Shown in pieces: positions 25,036-36,858 of a stretch of 64,000 bases of DNA (its first letter is position 1; every line of letters begins with the position of its first letter). Made by a program: the position numbers and the translations under genes. The notes under the pieces were generated by a model that saw nothing but the letters and a program-made list of their open reading frames with translations, did not search any database and was not told the DNA's origin. The DNA comes from Amphiscolops sp. MND2022 (Eukaryota), in contig OZ076415.1 in NCBI GenBank assembly GCA_964187785.1, positions 53,320,001-53,384,000 on the forward strand. The letters run 5' to 3'.

Positions 25036-26044
25036 AGACGTTCTCGTCTTGTTTAATTTTTGTAAATCTGAGACTAAAGGTTCATTTTCGGAGCTATAAA
25101 TGCGAATCGGAACTGCACTGCAGATAAAATGCGGTCGAATTTCTCCACCGCCCGCAGTATGTTGAGCATTGTTCCCAGTATTAACTGTCAGAACGACCTG
25201 TAGTGTCTAAAGTAATGACATTTATACTGTCATATTGGTAGGGGTATTCCATTCCTTGGTAAGGTATTGGTTGGACATGAGTCTTCCAGTAAAAGCTCTG
25301 ACCCAAGTAGTCAATTGATTGATCTGTCGATTCATTTTGTGAACGATTTTCTACTCTGATCCTCTCGTGTTTTCTGTCCTAATACTGGAAGGATTATGCA
25401 TTCATTTCGTCACAAAGACAATTGTGAAAAACTTGCGGAAGGCAGTCAAGGTCATTATCGTTGTAAATGCCCCTTGTATATACAGTTGAAGTTGTTTCAG
25501 TAGTAAGGTTCGTTTTACTCCGGAACATTTGAGTTTTATTGAACAATGAATTGTATGTAATACCGTTTTGAAAGAGTTTTGTTGAGTTTTAAATGTAACG
25601 GTGAGCTACCAGTCGTTGGAGAACAAGTCTTCTTCTTGCGTACAGGTTAGCCCCAAAAAATTCAACTTATTCTTGGTCATGTGACCAAGCCACATGACAG
25701 CGTTACCCTTTTATATTGCGATATTTAGATGAAGTGAATACGCATGGTTGGTTGTGTTGCGCAATTGTTTCGATAGATAGCGTTAAATACATGAGTAGTG
25801 ATTATATGTTACCGTCGTTGCAGCAATTGATTATGGCGAAAATCATGAAATATTCATTTCCGGCTGTCGTGTGCAGTCAAAAGCGATGTTATGTTTTCAT
25901 ATGTTTCGATCCGATTGCATTTGTTTCCGTTGCTGTTATTAGATTTTACTGTTCCGCTCTGCTGTTGGCCGATATTCTCGTGACGATGTATAGGTTACGG
26001 CGTCCATTTCACTACTGCAATCCTTTTGATCTTTGGTGAAGTTT

Positions 26045-26155
26045 CGAAAAAAATAGAAGAATACAGCCGCAAATAAACCAGGTACTTGGAACAGCTTTAA
26101 ACCAAATTTTACCACAATAAAACTCAAACAAGCACTTTTAAAACTTCGAACATTT
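26045..26155 (+). repeat. Left inverted repeat (candidate TIR remnant)
   Basis: 33-bp core 26055-26087 is the exact reverse complement of 46954-46986, with patchy identity extending ~70 bp inward. Confidence 0.75.
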
Positions 26156-26241
26156 GTTTGCTGTTGGGAATAATTATTTGATGATAAGTAGATATTGTAG
26201 AAAAATAAAGAATATTGTCCCCATACAGAGCAGGGAGTTGG

Positions 26242-27024
26242 CTACTCCCGTGACCAGAAGTCGCGATCGGAGGAGCAAATGTGCTCGAAGTGCCGAGCGC
26301 TCTGAGTGAGATCCATCGGCGAGAATCCAGTGCGAACTCGTCTCAGTTTCGGGAACTTTTTACAGAGCTCATATATTCTTTTTCCCTCCGCGATATTGGT
26401 CTTTCCCAGGAAGACACCGAACTGCTGAAGCTCGCTGGCAATGCGAGCGCAATTTTTTGTTGCGAGTTGGTTCTGGAGCACTTCCACAACCATTCCTCCG
26501 ATCCGATATAAAAAACTTGGTCTATCAGACCTAAATTTTGTTCGCGCTCGAGCTGAACGGTATTTCGGCAGACTTGCCCGAAATCCACAGAACGATCGAA
26601 CAGAATCTCATTTCGCAGCGCAGGTGTTGATGACAGTGACTGCAACCCGGACAAAGGCTTCTCTTTAACTTCGGCCTCTGTCACTTGACGCTTTTGTCTT
26701 TTTGCGACAGGGGCCGCATCGGAGGTGACATCAGGTGACGATACGCTAGTTTCTGTAGCTGCCTCTTCCTGCTGCTGTTCCGAAAGGGGGCTGCAGCAAG
26801 AGCTCGTTCAGAAACGAATTAAACGATGGCAGGCTCATTTCCTCATTGGGTGGGGGAGGAACACGGGAACTTGTTCGCGTGCTCACAGAGAGCATTGCGG
26901 ATATCGAACGTAAAACACTATCAGCACGTTCGAATTGATTTGGTCTCACAACCAAACTCGTTAGCGAGTTTCGCAGTTGCATAATAGCTGCTCTATAGCT
27001 ACTTGGCAACTGAAACAAAAACAA
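26242..27024 (-). pseudogene. Hypothetical Polinton gene, interrupted
   Basis: Adjacent minus-strand ORFs 26746-27024, 26343-26684 and 26242-26493 read as one broken frame. No family recognised. Confidence 0.45.
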
Positions 27025-27265
27025 CGAACATACTGAACAGGTAAATTACTATACTTTACAGTAAAAAACAGTGATATATTATGTAAGTCAAGTTGCACAG
27101 CCAAATTTTACAAACTCTGAGCTCAAATATTATCATGCACTCTCTTGAAAATTGAACTAAAAATCTCAAAATGTCTTCTTCTGTGGCATATGACGGAAAA
27201 CTCGAACTTTGGACAAACTTTTGATTTGTAAGTGACTGTTTTGTTCTATATTAAAAGTGTGCCAT

Positions 27266-27664
27266 CTAAATACGATATATGCCACAGAATTGACTGTCAG
27301 GACGCTGAAGTAGCGTCGAAGATGGCTTGTATTGAAAGATACTTTGATTTCTCAGGCGGACGGATTGACCAACTTTTGCAAACATGTCGGCAAAATACTG
27401 TCGGAAATCTCTCCCGAAACTATCGCAGAGTACAACTGTGTCATTTTTCGAAGCGATTAGTAGCCAGTGTTCACCAGGTTGAGTTGAGGGATCTGTGTTC
27501 ACAATAATGAATCCATTATTTTGCAAGGCAGGAAATGTATCTCGGGCATAACAACCTCGAACCCGGAACTTGAATATTGGATCTTTGTTTATTAGTTCCG
27601 TTAGCGGAATGTTGTCAACCATTGTAAATACTGGAGTTTTTGATAACTTCTCTGTTGCGATCAA
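27266..27664 (-). pseudogene. Adenain-like (C5) maturation cysteine protease
   Basis: IVNTDPSTQPGEHW (His), CDSFG (Asp), Q...SQFCG (Gln/Cys); broken after the catalytic Cys. Confidence 0.9.
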
Positions 27665-27733
27665 TTAGAACGATGGACCACCTCTCACCCAACAAAAGAA
27701 GACGAATTGGTTTGGTTGTCGCTTTAGAGAACT

Positions 27734-28944
27734 TCAGTCTAGACCCAGCCTAGCACCAATGAGTTCAGGACGAATTGTGTTGTCCTCGATGTGGTAATCA
27801 GCAGCTAATTTAAAAATCAGACAGAAACGATTATTGAAATTATCAAGAGTGATACCATTACCACCATGTTCAAAACCAAGTGCTTTCAGAGTGTTGTAAT
27901 AAGATCGAACGAGATTATCATTAAGATGCAAAGGTGTGGCCCCTACAAGTGCTCGCTCTCGATTGATTCGAACAGTCTCGAGGTCCATTTGCTGAAAGTG
28001 GAAAGGATTTGTTTCAAAGTTACCACTGAAGCTAGTTTCCGGCACCAAAAACAACACCAATCCGCTAATCGGTGCACGGTTGAAGAGATCGTCCCTGTAA
28101 TACATAGTGACACCGCTGGAGCTTAGGAAGGATTTGGGGACCATTTCACGAAAATCGTAGTGAGCGGCTTTTTTGGACAACATTCGCTCCATTGTTAGAA
28201 AGGTCTCATTCTTCAATTCCAGCTTGTGAACCAGCAAAGAGGCGCTTACAATTTGTAAGGAGAAAGCACCTGCTGAGTTTTTCGCACCTCCTTCATGGAC
28301 CAACACAAATTGGTCGGGGGCGCGATAAAGTCGAATTCTGACCTCGACACCAAGAAGTAGAAACTTATGATTGTCCATCAAGAAGTTATTGGCAATTCTA
28401 CCGTAAAGACTCCACTTTGACGTCAAAGTTTCACCTAGTTTCTTCCTGTTGCTGAATGCCTCATCTCCACTAATATCTCCAGGATTTGTTTCGAAACTGT
28501 ACCCTTGACAGCTTAGCCAGCCCTTTTACACGACGCGTTATGCGAAAGTTCTGCCTCAACCAACGCTTTGTAAGGACATAAGTTGTTTGCTGACGACACC
28601 GCTGTCCCGTTAACGGACACCTCTACATTTTGGAATAAACTATGCAACAAATTGTTTTCAAAAACGAGTTTCTTATCAGTTACATCGTCATCCTCATCTC
28701 TGCCAACAAATTTCATTTTGACCTCCAGTTTCAGGAAAAGGTTAACCAAGTCTATTACTGTACCTCCAATGTCGGCCCACTGGAAATCAAACTCCCACAC
28801 TGGCCCATCCGCACTGCTTGCAGTGAAATATTCCTCATGATAACCCCGTTGAAAATCGACAAGGATCTCTGAGGTCACAAACAATGACAGTCCTGAATGC
28901 ATGCCAGGTACTGGTGGCTCAGAGTGAACAAATATATCAGGCAT
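27734..28944 (-). pseudogene. Major capsid protein (double jelly-roll, hexon-like)
   Basis: IDLVNLFLKLEVK, NNLLHSLFQNVEVSVNG..VSSANNLCPYKAL, GVEVRIRLYR, FSGNFETNPFHFQ and GITLDNF are typical Polinton MCP blocks. Confidence 0.85.
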
Positions 28945-29113
28945 AATGAAAAATGAAACATCCTAAACAATTGAAAGGTTTTAACTACAGTTATCGTAGC
29001 AAACAAAAGATGGTCAGGCGCGATCAACTAAAGAAGCAAAAAAGTCCTGCCGACTTCTTTTTTTTATTTTGTTCTCCGTTGACGGACTGGTTTCCGTCAG
29101 AAAAAAAAAAGAA

Positions 29114-29520
29114 TCAAGTGACATTTTTTTCTTTCTTTTCAAAAGTTTTCGACGGCGCTGTTTGCTTTTCTTCTTCTTTGGCTTCGAGTTCCTTCTTAGA
29201 TTCGGGTAGCCGCCTTTTTTCCCCGAGGAACATCACTAACACGACCACAGTGACCGAAGCCCATTTGTTGTCGGATAGTTTTTTAAAGGCAATTTTCATG
29301 GCTGCTTTTGGCTTTGTACTTCCGTCCAAAAGGTTTATAACTTTTGAAGAAAAGACATTGCCACAGGAAAACCATAACGCTTAGTCATGGGAATAACGAA
29401 GCCTTTGAGGCCTGCTTTAATTGTGGTACCTATGCTGCTACCGTATCGGCGGTATGGTGATCCTTAGAAGTAATTCAAAGTATGATGTTGCGGTCTGTTG
29501 TGATTAGAGCAGCTCATGAC
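29114..29520 (-). pseudogene. Putative basic core protein
   Basis: Manual translation GSPYRRYGSSIGTTIKAGLKGFVIPMTKRYG..., continuing as DGSTKPKAAMKIAFKKL. It is small, basic and located between the capsid genes. Confidence 0.5.
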
Positions 29521-29724
29521 ACCTCCCTGTTGACTTTTCTCCTAGTACGCAAAGTTAAAGCAACCAGTTTGGTCTGAAGTGAATACAATTATGAAATACA
29601 ATTTTAATAAAAAATAGGCCAATGCTCTAAAAAAACAGTGGTAACAATCATGCGCTTTTGGAACTACAAAATACTATGCAGAGGACATAAATACCATACG
29701 TGTTATAACAATGAAAACGGAATA

Positions 29725-30555
29725 TCAAGTCTTTTTTCTCATTGAAAGTGTCAATGTCGTTCTTTCGACACCAACGAAAGGTATGAGGTCTCCGGTATTA
29801 GTGCGTAACTCTATCAGCAAATCGGTCAGTGTTTTCTTTGATACTTTTTTGAAAACTGGAGGTGAAAAAGACTTGAAGGAACATACACCGTATCCGAAAC
29901 TCCCCCCAGGCTTCTCCTCCATATCTCGCGGCGGCATCTGCTCTGGGTTGAACAAAGGGAAAGTGTTCAATAGAGGCGCTCTACTGTTTCCGACAAACTG
30001 CTGTTCTATGAAATCGCCATACAAGTATACTTGATGCCAATGATGAACATCAACTGGAAAATAGGACGGCATGTCATGAAAATGAGGTGGATGCTTCCAG
30101 GGAGACTTCACCCGCTGGCATCCGAGAATGTGGAAAAGATCGGGTGACATATTTGCAAAATTGACAGTGTTGGGGTAATTCAAAACAAATTTATTTTTGG
30201 CATCGATTTTCCAACTGAAATAAACTTTCAACTTTTAATTATTCCAAGCCGCTCGCGCACGATGAATGATTCTATTCATCTCATCAATGATTTCTTGCAC
30301 GTCGCTATAAACACCCCTCTCAAACTTGCAGTTTTTGATCCACTTCTTTCCACCTACATCCCAATAGAAATCAAAGTAGGAGTCGCGTACGTTGTAAATC
30401 TTCCCGGGATACGCAATTTCGGTGATCGCAACCTCCCACTGTCCATCGAGTTCAATGGAAGTTGGGAGGCATGTCCTGAATGAACCCAGAGTGTTCGACG
30501 GATACACATCAAGGGAAGCATTGGAAGAAAGTGTGATTGTGAAGGTTTCACTCAC
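29725..30555 (-). pseudogene. Minor capsid protein (penton-like, single jelly-roll)
   Basis: FTITLSSNASLDVYPSNTLGSFRTCLP..IELDGQWEVAITEIAYP at the N-terminus; VYLYGDFIEQQFVGNSRAPLL and IELRTNTGDLIPF at the C-terminus. Confidence 0.85.
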
Positions 30556-30901
30556 AGTACCACCAGTTACATTACTTAACCAAATACATAGAGGCTTGAT
30601 AGTAGATTAATTAATTGTGGGTGGTGTAGTAGACTTTGCTAAAGGGTAGCAACTACAGCTCAATTTGAGATACGTTGATGACGCGGCCGGCTTTTATTCT
30701 GTAGATAGTTGAAATGAGTGGAGAGGTATAGATTCCATGGAGTTTACGATATTCTGACTCAGATATTTCTCTCCTTGATATTTCGATGCCTGCTGGGGTC
30801 GAAAGTCATTGCATTCGCTGTGTATGAACATTTTGATTGGTGATGTAGTTGAGACAATCGCGATTAATTACAAGGTCATTGGCCCGTTTTAAAGAAATTG
30901 C

Positions 30902-31359
30902 CTATGTTGGGGTGAATAGAATGTCCAGAACAAGAATATTTTCATAGGGCACCTTTTTCTGATACTGTTGAAGATCGCGGAGAAACTGTAGAATTTTGAT
31001 GCTACTTGTCGAGGTTTCATGAGCCAAATCGTCACTTGTGAAAGAGAACGTAGCATTGGATTTATTGAATCTTATTCCTCTGGTCAATATCATCAGCTCT
31101 ATTAGCACCTGTATTTTTGTCTGCGGATGGGCGATTCATTTTGTGTCTTTTGTAGGTCTTTTTCAGATTCGTTCTCTGTTTTAGATCCCGGTAAAGGTTC
31201 AACAATTCTTTGGAGCCATTCTTTTTCAGGGGCGAGAGGGGCTTCACTGGGGTTTGATTGTTTCACATCGGGTTCAGAGTTCGGCGCTTTTGGAGAATGT
31301 ATTTGGTGGGGCGTGAAAGGTGAAGTATCTGCTGTAGTACTGTTGAGGTCGTTGACCAC
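30902..31359 (-). pseudogene. Hypothetical Polinton gene, frameshifted
   Basis: Overlapping minus-strand ORFs 31102-31359, 31062-31247 and 30902-31108 between the ATPase and the minor capsid gene. Confidence 0.45.
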
Positions 31360-31669
31360 TGAGGTAAGCTCAAGTTACTGAGATAGGGGAATCAAAACAA
31401 ATTCTTCCATTTAAATCGATCCCATTGTCGTACCAAAGTTATTTCGGCTCGGCGTGACCCATTTCATAGCCTCAATGATTTCTCGAATTGCGCAATGCAT
31501 ACTCCAGGTATAGAATAGAGGAGGGCGACATGTTCGGAAAGACAATGATTGGATAGTTTTTGGTCCTGCTTACCTTTATGTCATGGGTGCCAACAGTGTG
31601 ATCTTTTTAGACGCGAGCGTAATTGTTCAAAACTCTTTTAGGAACGTGAAAGCTGGTCGGTAGAACCTT

Positions 31670-32502
31670 TTAGAGATGAAAGGGGATCCGACTGTCTTTC
31701 TTCTCTTTCTTTTGCATAATTTTGGTGGTAGAATGCACTTTCGGTCGATGTTTGTTTTGTTTAATTAGTGTAGTTATGTCATAGCTAGCTCCGCAGATAT
31801 GTGTGCTAAATCTGAGGGCATCATGACAGTCGGTGCTGAGATCAACCAGTAGGTGTCCTTGTTGCACCGATGTAGCCAACTGGTTAGCCTTTTGAAGGAA
31901 CGCAGCATCAGCTAAATCCAGTTCGGACACCAGAAGCCTAAGCTGGCGACCTGTTTATTGGTTACTTGAGAATTATCAATTATGTTATATTTTTGTCAAC
32001 TGTGACACAATATTTACCCTGCTGGTACAATTTTTGCTTTATAAAAACCACATTGATCCCTTTATGTCGACCAGCAATTGCAAGATTAGCGAAGCTTGCG
32101 CTCTGAAAAATTTCTTCGCACGAGTCATCAAAAATTGCCTATACTTTTTCAATTCCAAACGAAGTATGGTAACTGCTTCTCTGTGATTGATGATCCAAAA
32201 GGTTTTGCAAGGCCCGTTTGGTTCTCCGTTTCAACCACGTTTCCGAAGAAAACTTTGCTTGGCACATCTTGAGAAAATTGTTCATAAATTGTTTGCCAGT
32301 GGCGGTAGAAGAGAATAACTTTTTCGAGCCTCGGCCAGAAAATGCTGTCAGAACGACTGGTCAGCATGTTAAGTAAAAGATGTGTTTTACCAGAGCCTGA
32401 TGCGCCACAGATACACATAAAAATGCGATTTTCTGTGGAAATTAATTTTTCATCTTTTGTTTGATCTGTTGAAATTATCAACATTGGGTAACAAGTAAGC
32501 AA
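31670..32502 (-). pseudogene. A32/FtsK-HerA family DNA packaging ATPase
   Basis: Walker A GASGSGKT; manual translation AIFDDS (Walker B) ... AGRHKGINVVFIKQKLYQQGK; GHLLVDLS.. Confidence 0.92.
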
Positions 32503-33472
32503 TGCAAGTGGAAAGAATCATGAAATGAGCAGTTCGTTCTTCGCAAGTCAGTGAGAATACCAATAGCATTCTACTAACGGAGAACAGAACGAGACATATG
32601 ACGAAAAACATTTGTGAGAAGCAAATGAAAAAAGTTTGGCTTACTTGCCAATTGAAGCAGTGCAAAATGTCATAGTCCTCTTCCACGTCAAAGTTTATGC
32701 TGTAGGAAGGATTCGCTCCGTCTTTTGACTTGCTGTAAGGATTTATTGGTGCATTTGATTCTGGCAAATAACTATAGTCAGGATAATCCACGCTTTCAGT
32801 CTGCGTGTCGGGTTCAATCGACAACGCCACCGAAGTGGTTGCAACAGCATGAACCTCAATTTTTCCAAGAATTGCTTTATTTGATTGCTGATCTTGACGT
32901 TGCTGAGGTGATGAAAAATATTTCGCTGTTAATTCCGTTCTTTTTGTGAGTTGATTGAATGATATCTTTAGAGTGCGTTGTCTTTTCTCACTTTGGATTT
33001 TGACAGGTACTCTTGGGGCCGGAATAAGATAGGCTAAAGTTGAGCTCAGAATGCTCATATAAACTGATGTATCGTGACACGAATTGTCATTTATTTCTCG
33101 GCTCTGTTTTGTGCTTGCTTCAGTTGGGGATGTGATAAATTTCAACAGACAGAATGCATCCAAAAAGAAAATGATAGCAAGTTGGTTCAAAAATACAGCT
33201 TGAGAAAACGGTAAGTAACACGATGACTGCTCAATGGACTCACAAAAAGACTCGCATTGTCGATCGCTGGATTTGATCCTCTGACTCTGACTGTGGAGGT
33301 CCACCAACTTGTGAGAGGTTACTTTTGATGACCCAGGGGAATTGTTACCAACATTTCGTTCACAAACACGTGATATGTCGTTCTTTTCTAATCTCGTCTC
33401 TAATTGTGTCCTTGTCTGTTCCCTCGTGTACAAGTTTGTATTGCAACCATGCATCTTAAAAGCAAAAAACAT
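32450..33472 (-). CDS. Hypothetical 340-aa Polinton ORF
   Basis: Long open frame co-oriented with the viral genes. No motif recognised. Confidence 0.4.
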   Translation of the reverse strand: MFFAFKMHGCNTNLYTREQTRTQLETRLEKNDISRVCERNVGNNSPGSSKVTSHKLVDLHSQSQRIKSSDRQCESFCESIEQSSCYLPFSQAVFLNQLAIIFFLDAFCLLKFITSPTEASTKQSREINDNSCHDTSVYMSILSSTLAYLIPAPRVPVKIQSEKRQRTLKISFNQLTKRTELTAKYFSSPQQRQDQQSNKAILGKIEVHAVATTSVALSIEPDTQTESVDYPDYSYLPESNAPINPYSKSKDGANPSYSINFDVEEDYDILHCFNWQVSQTFFICFSQMFFVICLVLFSVSRMLLVFSLTCEERTAHFMILSTCIAYLLPNVDNFNRSNKR

Positions 33473-34153
33473 TTTTACTCGAGAATCTTTTCACAATGGC
33501 TTCTTTCGTATAAGCTGAGACAAAGCAGTAGTGAGAACCCAAAAAGAAACACATTATCCAAAGTTAAAAAATTTTGTCAATAGTATTAGTGGGCACAAAA
33601 AAAAATATTTTGAAACAAACGGATAGGAAGCAAACACACAGTTAGTAAAAAGTTTGACTAAAAGCACAACTGTGGACAACCATCCAAAAATACTACCAAA
33701 CTCTTTAACACAAAAAAAACATGAAGCAGGAACCATGTCAAACAGCTCGTTGTCGATGTAATCGGAGCTACTGGTGTTACCACCAGCGCCGACAAGTTGT
33801 CAATTGTCGAAGCAATGGATGCCATTGAACCAGAAGGAGGTTGATCTTCGTCTTCAGTTACTTCACTGTCAAAGTCAAAGTCACCCTATCATCGCTATTG
33901 TTGCCACCTTGCCCGCTGTCCGTCTCTGACTGCTGGTCAACAGGAGCAAGTGTATTAGCCGCCGGAAGGTAGCGCAAGTCTGATGATGTTGAAGATCGGC
34001 CACCAGCGATAGTTGATGAATTTCAGGAGCTGCTTGGCTGGACTGAATGGTTGTTAGTGAGCGTACTAGCAGCTCGATTGGCGTCAAATGTATTTAGGTC
34101 ATGCTGTGTCATCCCATCAAAACTAGATGTGATCGACTGCGGGACATAACTTC

Positions 34154-34732
34154 TCAATGTGGATTTATAGAAGTTCTCGGCACACAGCAAGTATTGTTAC
34201 ACCAGATACCGGCAATATTCATGAAATGATTGGATCCGTTGGTATGCTGTGATGTATAGTCCCTCGTCAAGCATGGCCTTTCTCTAACCAAAGTGTTTTG
34301 GGCTGAATAACCGTAATTTGCCGTATTGTTAGCAACATGATTGGACGTGAAGCCAGGGGTTTGGAGTGACATTGTGTTACTGGGCTGGGGGGCTATTCCG
34401 CTTTGTAGATGAGAGAGAAGAATTTGTGATGGCCGGCTGTACAATGGGATACCCCGTTGATTTCTTGTGTTGTCATTCTGGGCATTCGTGTAGTTACGAA
34501 ATGTCAAAATATTCATTGCAAAAGGTTTGCTGTGAACTAAGCTGCAACACTCTTCCCAGCTCATATCAAATTGCTGCGTGCGACCGCCAGAATTCAATGG
34601 CACAAGCCCATTTAACCCTCTGGCAGGTTCTCTAACTAGAAACACTCTGGGGTAGAGCACTTGTTGTGGGTTGTGCAAGTAATTGTTGGGTTGTGTGGGA
34701 GGGTTTTGGTAGAACTGCAATGCAATGCGCAA
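34154..34732 (-). CDS. Hypothetical N/Q/P-rich Polinton ORF (192 aa)
   Basis: Open frame co-oriented with the cluster; low complexity. Confidence 0.4.
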   Translation of the reverse strand: MRIALQFYQNPPTQPNNYLHNPQQVLYPRVFLVREPARGLNGLVPLNSGGRTQQFDMSWEECCSLVHSKPFAMNILTFRNYTNAQNDNTRNQRGIPLYSRPSQILLSHLQSGIAPQPSNTMSLQTPGFTSNHVANNTANYGYSAQNTLVRERPCLTRDYTSQHTNGSNHFMNIAGIWCNNTCCVPRTSINPH

Positions 34733-34844
34733 AAAATCTGATTATGGAACATAAGCAGATATGGCTTTTGGATGTCAATCGCTGGAGCAATTATTTGAGA
34801 AATGCGTCTAAGTATCTGAAATGGGTGGAATACCTGAACTTTAA

Positions 34845-35657
34845 TCAAAAGAAGAAGAGAAAACCTAAAAAATGCTCTAGCCAAAAAACATTTGGTAGTA
34901 ACTGAAATGGCAGTATATAGTTGTAACCGGGGCCTTTCTGACGAGACCAATAAAAATGGCCATAAGCATCATGGAAAATAGCGTGTAATTTTAAAATAGA
35001 TGATATAATTGAAAAAACGTAATGCGTTCTGACGTTCATCCCAGGTCCAATTGAACCACCCCAAGGTGCACAATGCGACAAATCACCCATATTGAGAATT
35101 TTGTTGATAGCACATTGATCACAATTTTCCTTGACATGTACAAGTATTCGTTTACACAATAATTACCGATAAAAACAGAATGTGATTGAAAGAGAAACGT
35201 CGGGGACGGAATTGTCGAGTTGTAGGTGAATTTTCCTACAAATACCATGGTGATCGATATTGCTTTCGTATTTTGCTGCAATCTCTTTGAGGCTACAATC
35301 AGCCATTAAATCATAGTTAGTTTTTTTGCAATGCCTGTGGAATTTGCTGGCATTTTCAAAAAAGAACTCAAGTTTTGACAAAGTCAGCTCAAACATGTCT
35401 GGCCGATCCAATGTATTAAAAGTGAGCAAAATGGCATTCTCCAAAATACGCACTACTATATATTCGAGTACGAGCTTGTGAAAGTAAAACCAATGATAGC
35501 CGATTTTACCAAGCAAACATTGAGGAAATATACGCTGGGACGCGCTTAAGTTTTGAAAGAAAAACAAAATAGACAACATTTTATTACAAGTTACCACTAC
35601 AGACAACGTATTTACCACTACGGACTTTGATGCATAGCGATACAGTGAAGTTCCCAA
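34845..35657 (-). pseudogene. ORF with C-terminal PLA2-like motif (parvovirus-type candidate)
   Basis: 35163-35657 and 34845-35159 are in frame, separated by one stop. Motif GGSIGPG-x22-HDAY. Confidence 0.4.
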
Positions 35658-35851
35658 AGAACACGGGCCTTCATTTTAGGGGCTCGCTTCGGAAAAAGCA
35701 TTCTGTTTGCATAGTCTGCCGATTGTCTTTTTCGCTCCATTTTCATTGCGTGATTGAAGACATTTCCAACGATTGTTGTGAAACCGTCATCATCAGCAAC
35801 AACAAAGCTGGTCCAAAAGGAGTAAGGACACCATACATTTCTCTGTTGCAC

Positions 35852-36452
35852 TTAAAAGCTGCCAAATTCTTCCTTCTTGTTTTTCAAGTCGATTCTGAAA
35901 ACGTTTTGTATTTGGCGAACAACTCCTTCAAGCTGCCAATTCATGTTGGTCTCTCTAGTAGCAACTGGGTCAAGAGGGTCTCTAAAAGTGTCAACAGGTA
36001 ATTTTGAGGAGGAAATGGTCGGACTATTCGAATCAGCCCTTTTTTCCTTGACGCTCAGGTTGCCACTGTTTCCAGAAACAGAAACTTGTGCAGCCTTTTC
36101 CACTTTTATACGCTTAGGAGATGGATTCGTTCTTGCAACGGATTCTACAGAGACATCGCAGGATACCTTAAAATGTTGTCCTGTAGTAGTTACTGCTGGT
36201 ACATGGGCTAAAATGTGAAAATGATTGTCGATAGCGGAAGCGTCTTTTGGTTCCGGCAAAATGTAACACCGTCCAGAGGGGAAACCTGCCATTTTGTATT
36301 TGCGGTGACACATCACAAATGCAACGCACTTTATCAAGTTTGTAACTGCATTGTTTGTAACAGTTGGTGAGATGTGACCCTATTAGATAGTCGACATTTC
36401 TGACAGCCAACATCTCACATACTTTTTCCCGTACGTACAGACATTGTTTCAC
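35852..36452 (-). pseudogene. Hypothetical Polinton gene(s)
   Basis: Overlapping minus-strand ORFs 36168-36452 and 35852-36337. No family recognised. Confidence 0.35.
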
Positions 36453-36858
36453 TGCTTTGTCTTCAAAATTTGGGTTCGGCTAAAAAACGAAATGGGCATA
36501 AAAGGACGACGATTTACGTCGGAATTCCATTGACAAAACGTCTGAACACAGCAGTTCATTAATTGGGGCAGTTTTCGTCATTAACCAAGGAGGATATTTG
36601 GTCCAGATGATCAATCGAGATTTGGACACAAATTATGTTTTCAAAAGCAAATCGATAGCAACACAAAAAAGACGATTGTTTTACAAACTTGTTAAAATTA
36701 ATGTATGTCTAAAATAAGAAGTTATTGTTCAACCGACGAAACCAAACGGTGTAGATTCTCCGAAATTTGTGTTGAAAACACGTTTGTTAATTGTGACTCG
36801 GGCTCGTTTTTCACAAAACTGGTTTTTCAGTTGGCCTGTTTGAACACAACGACTCAGA

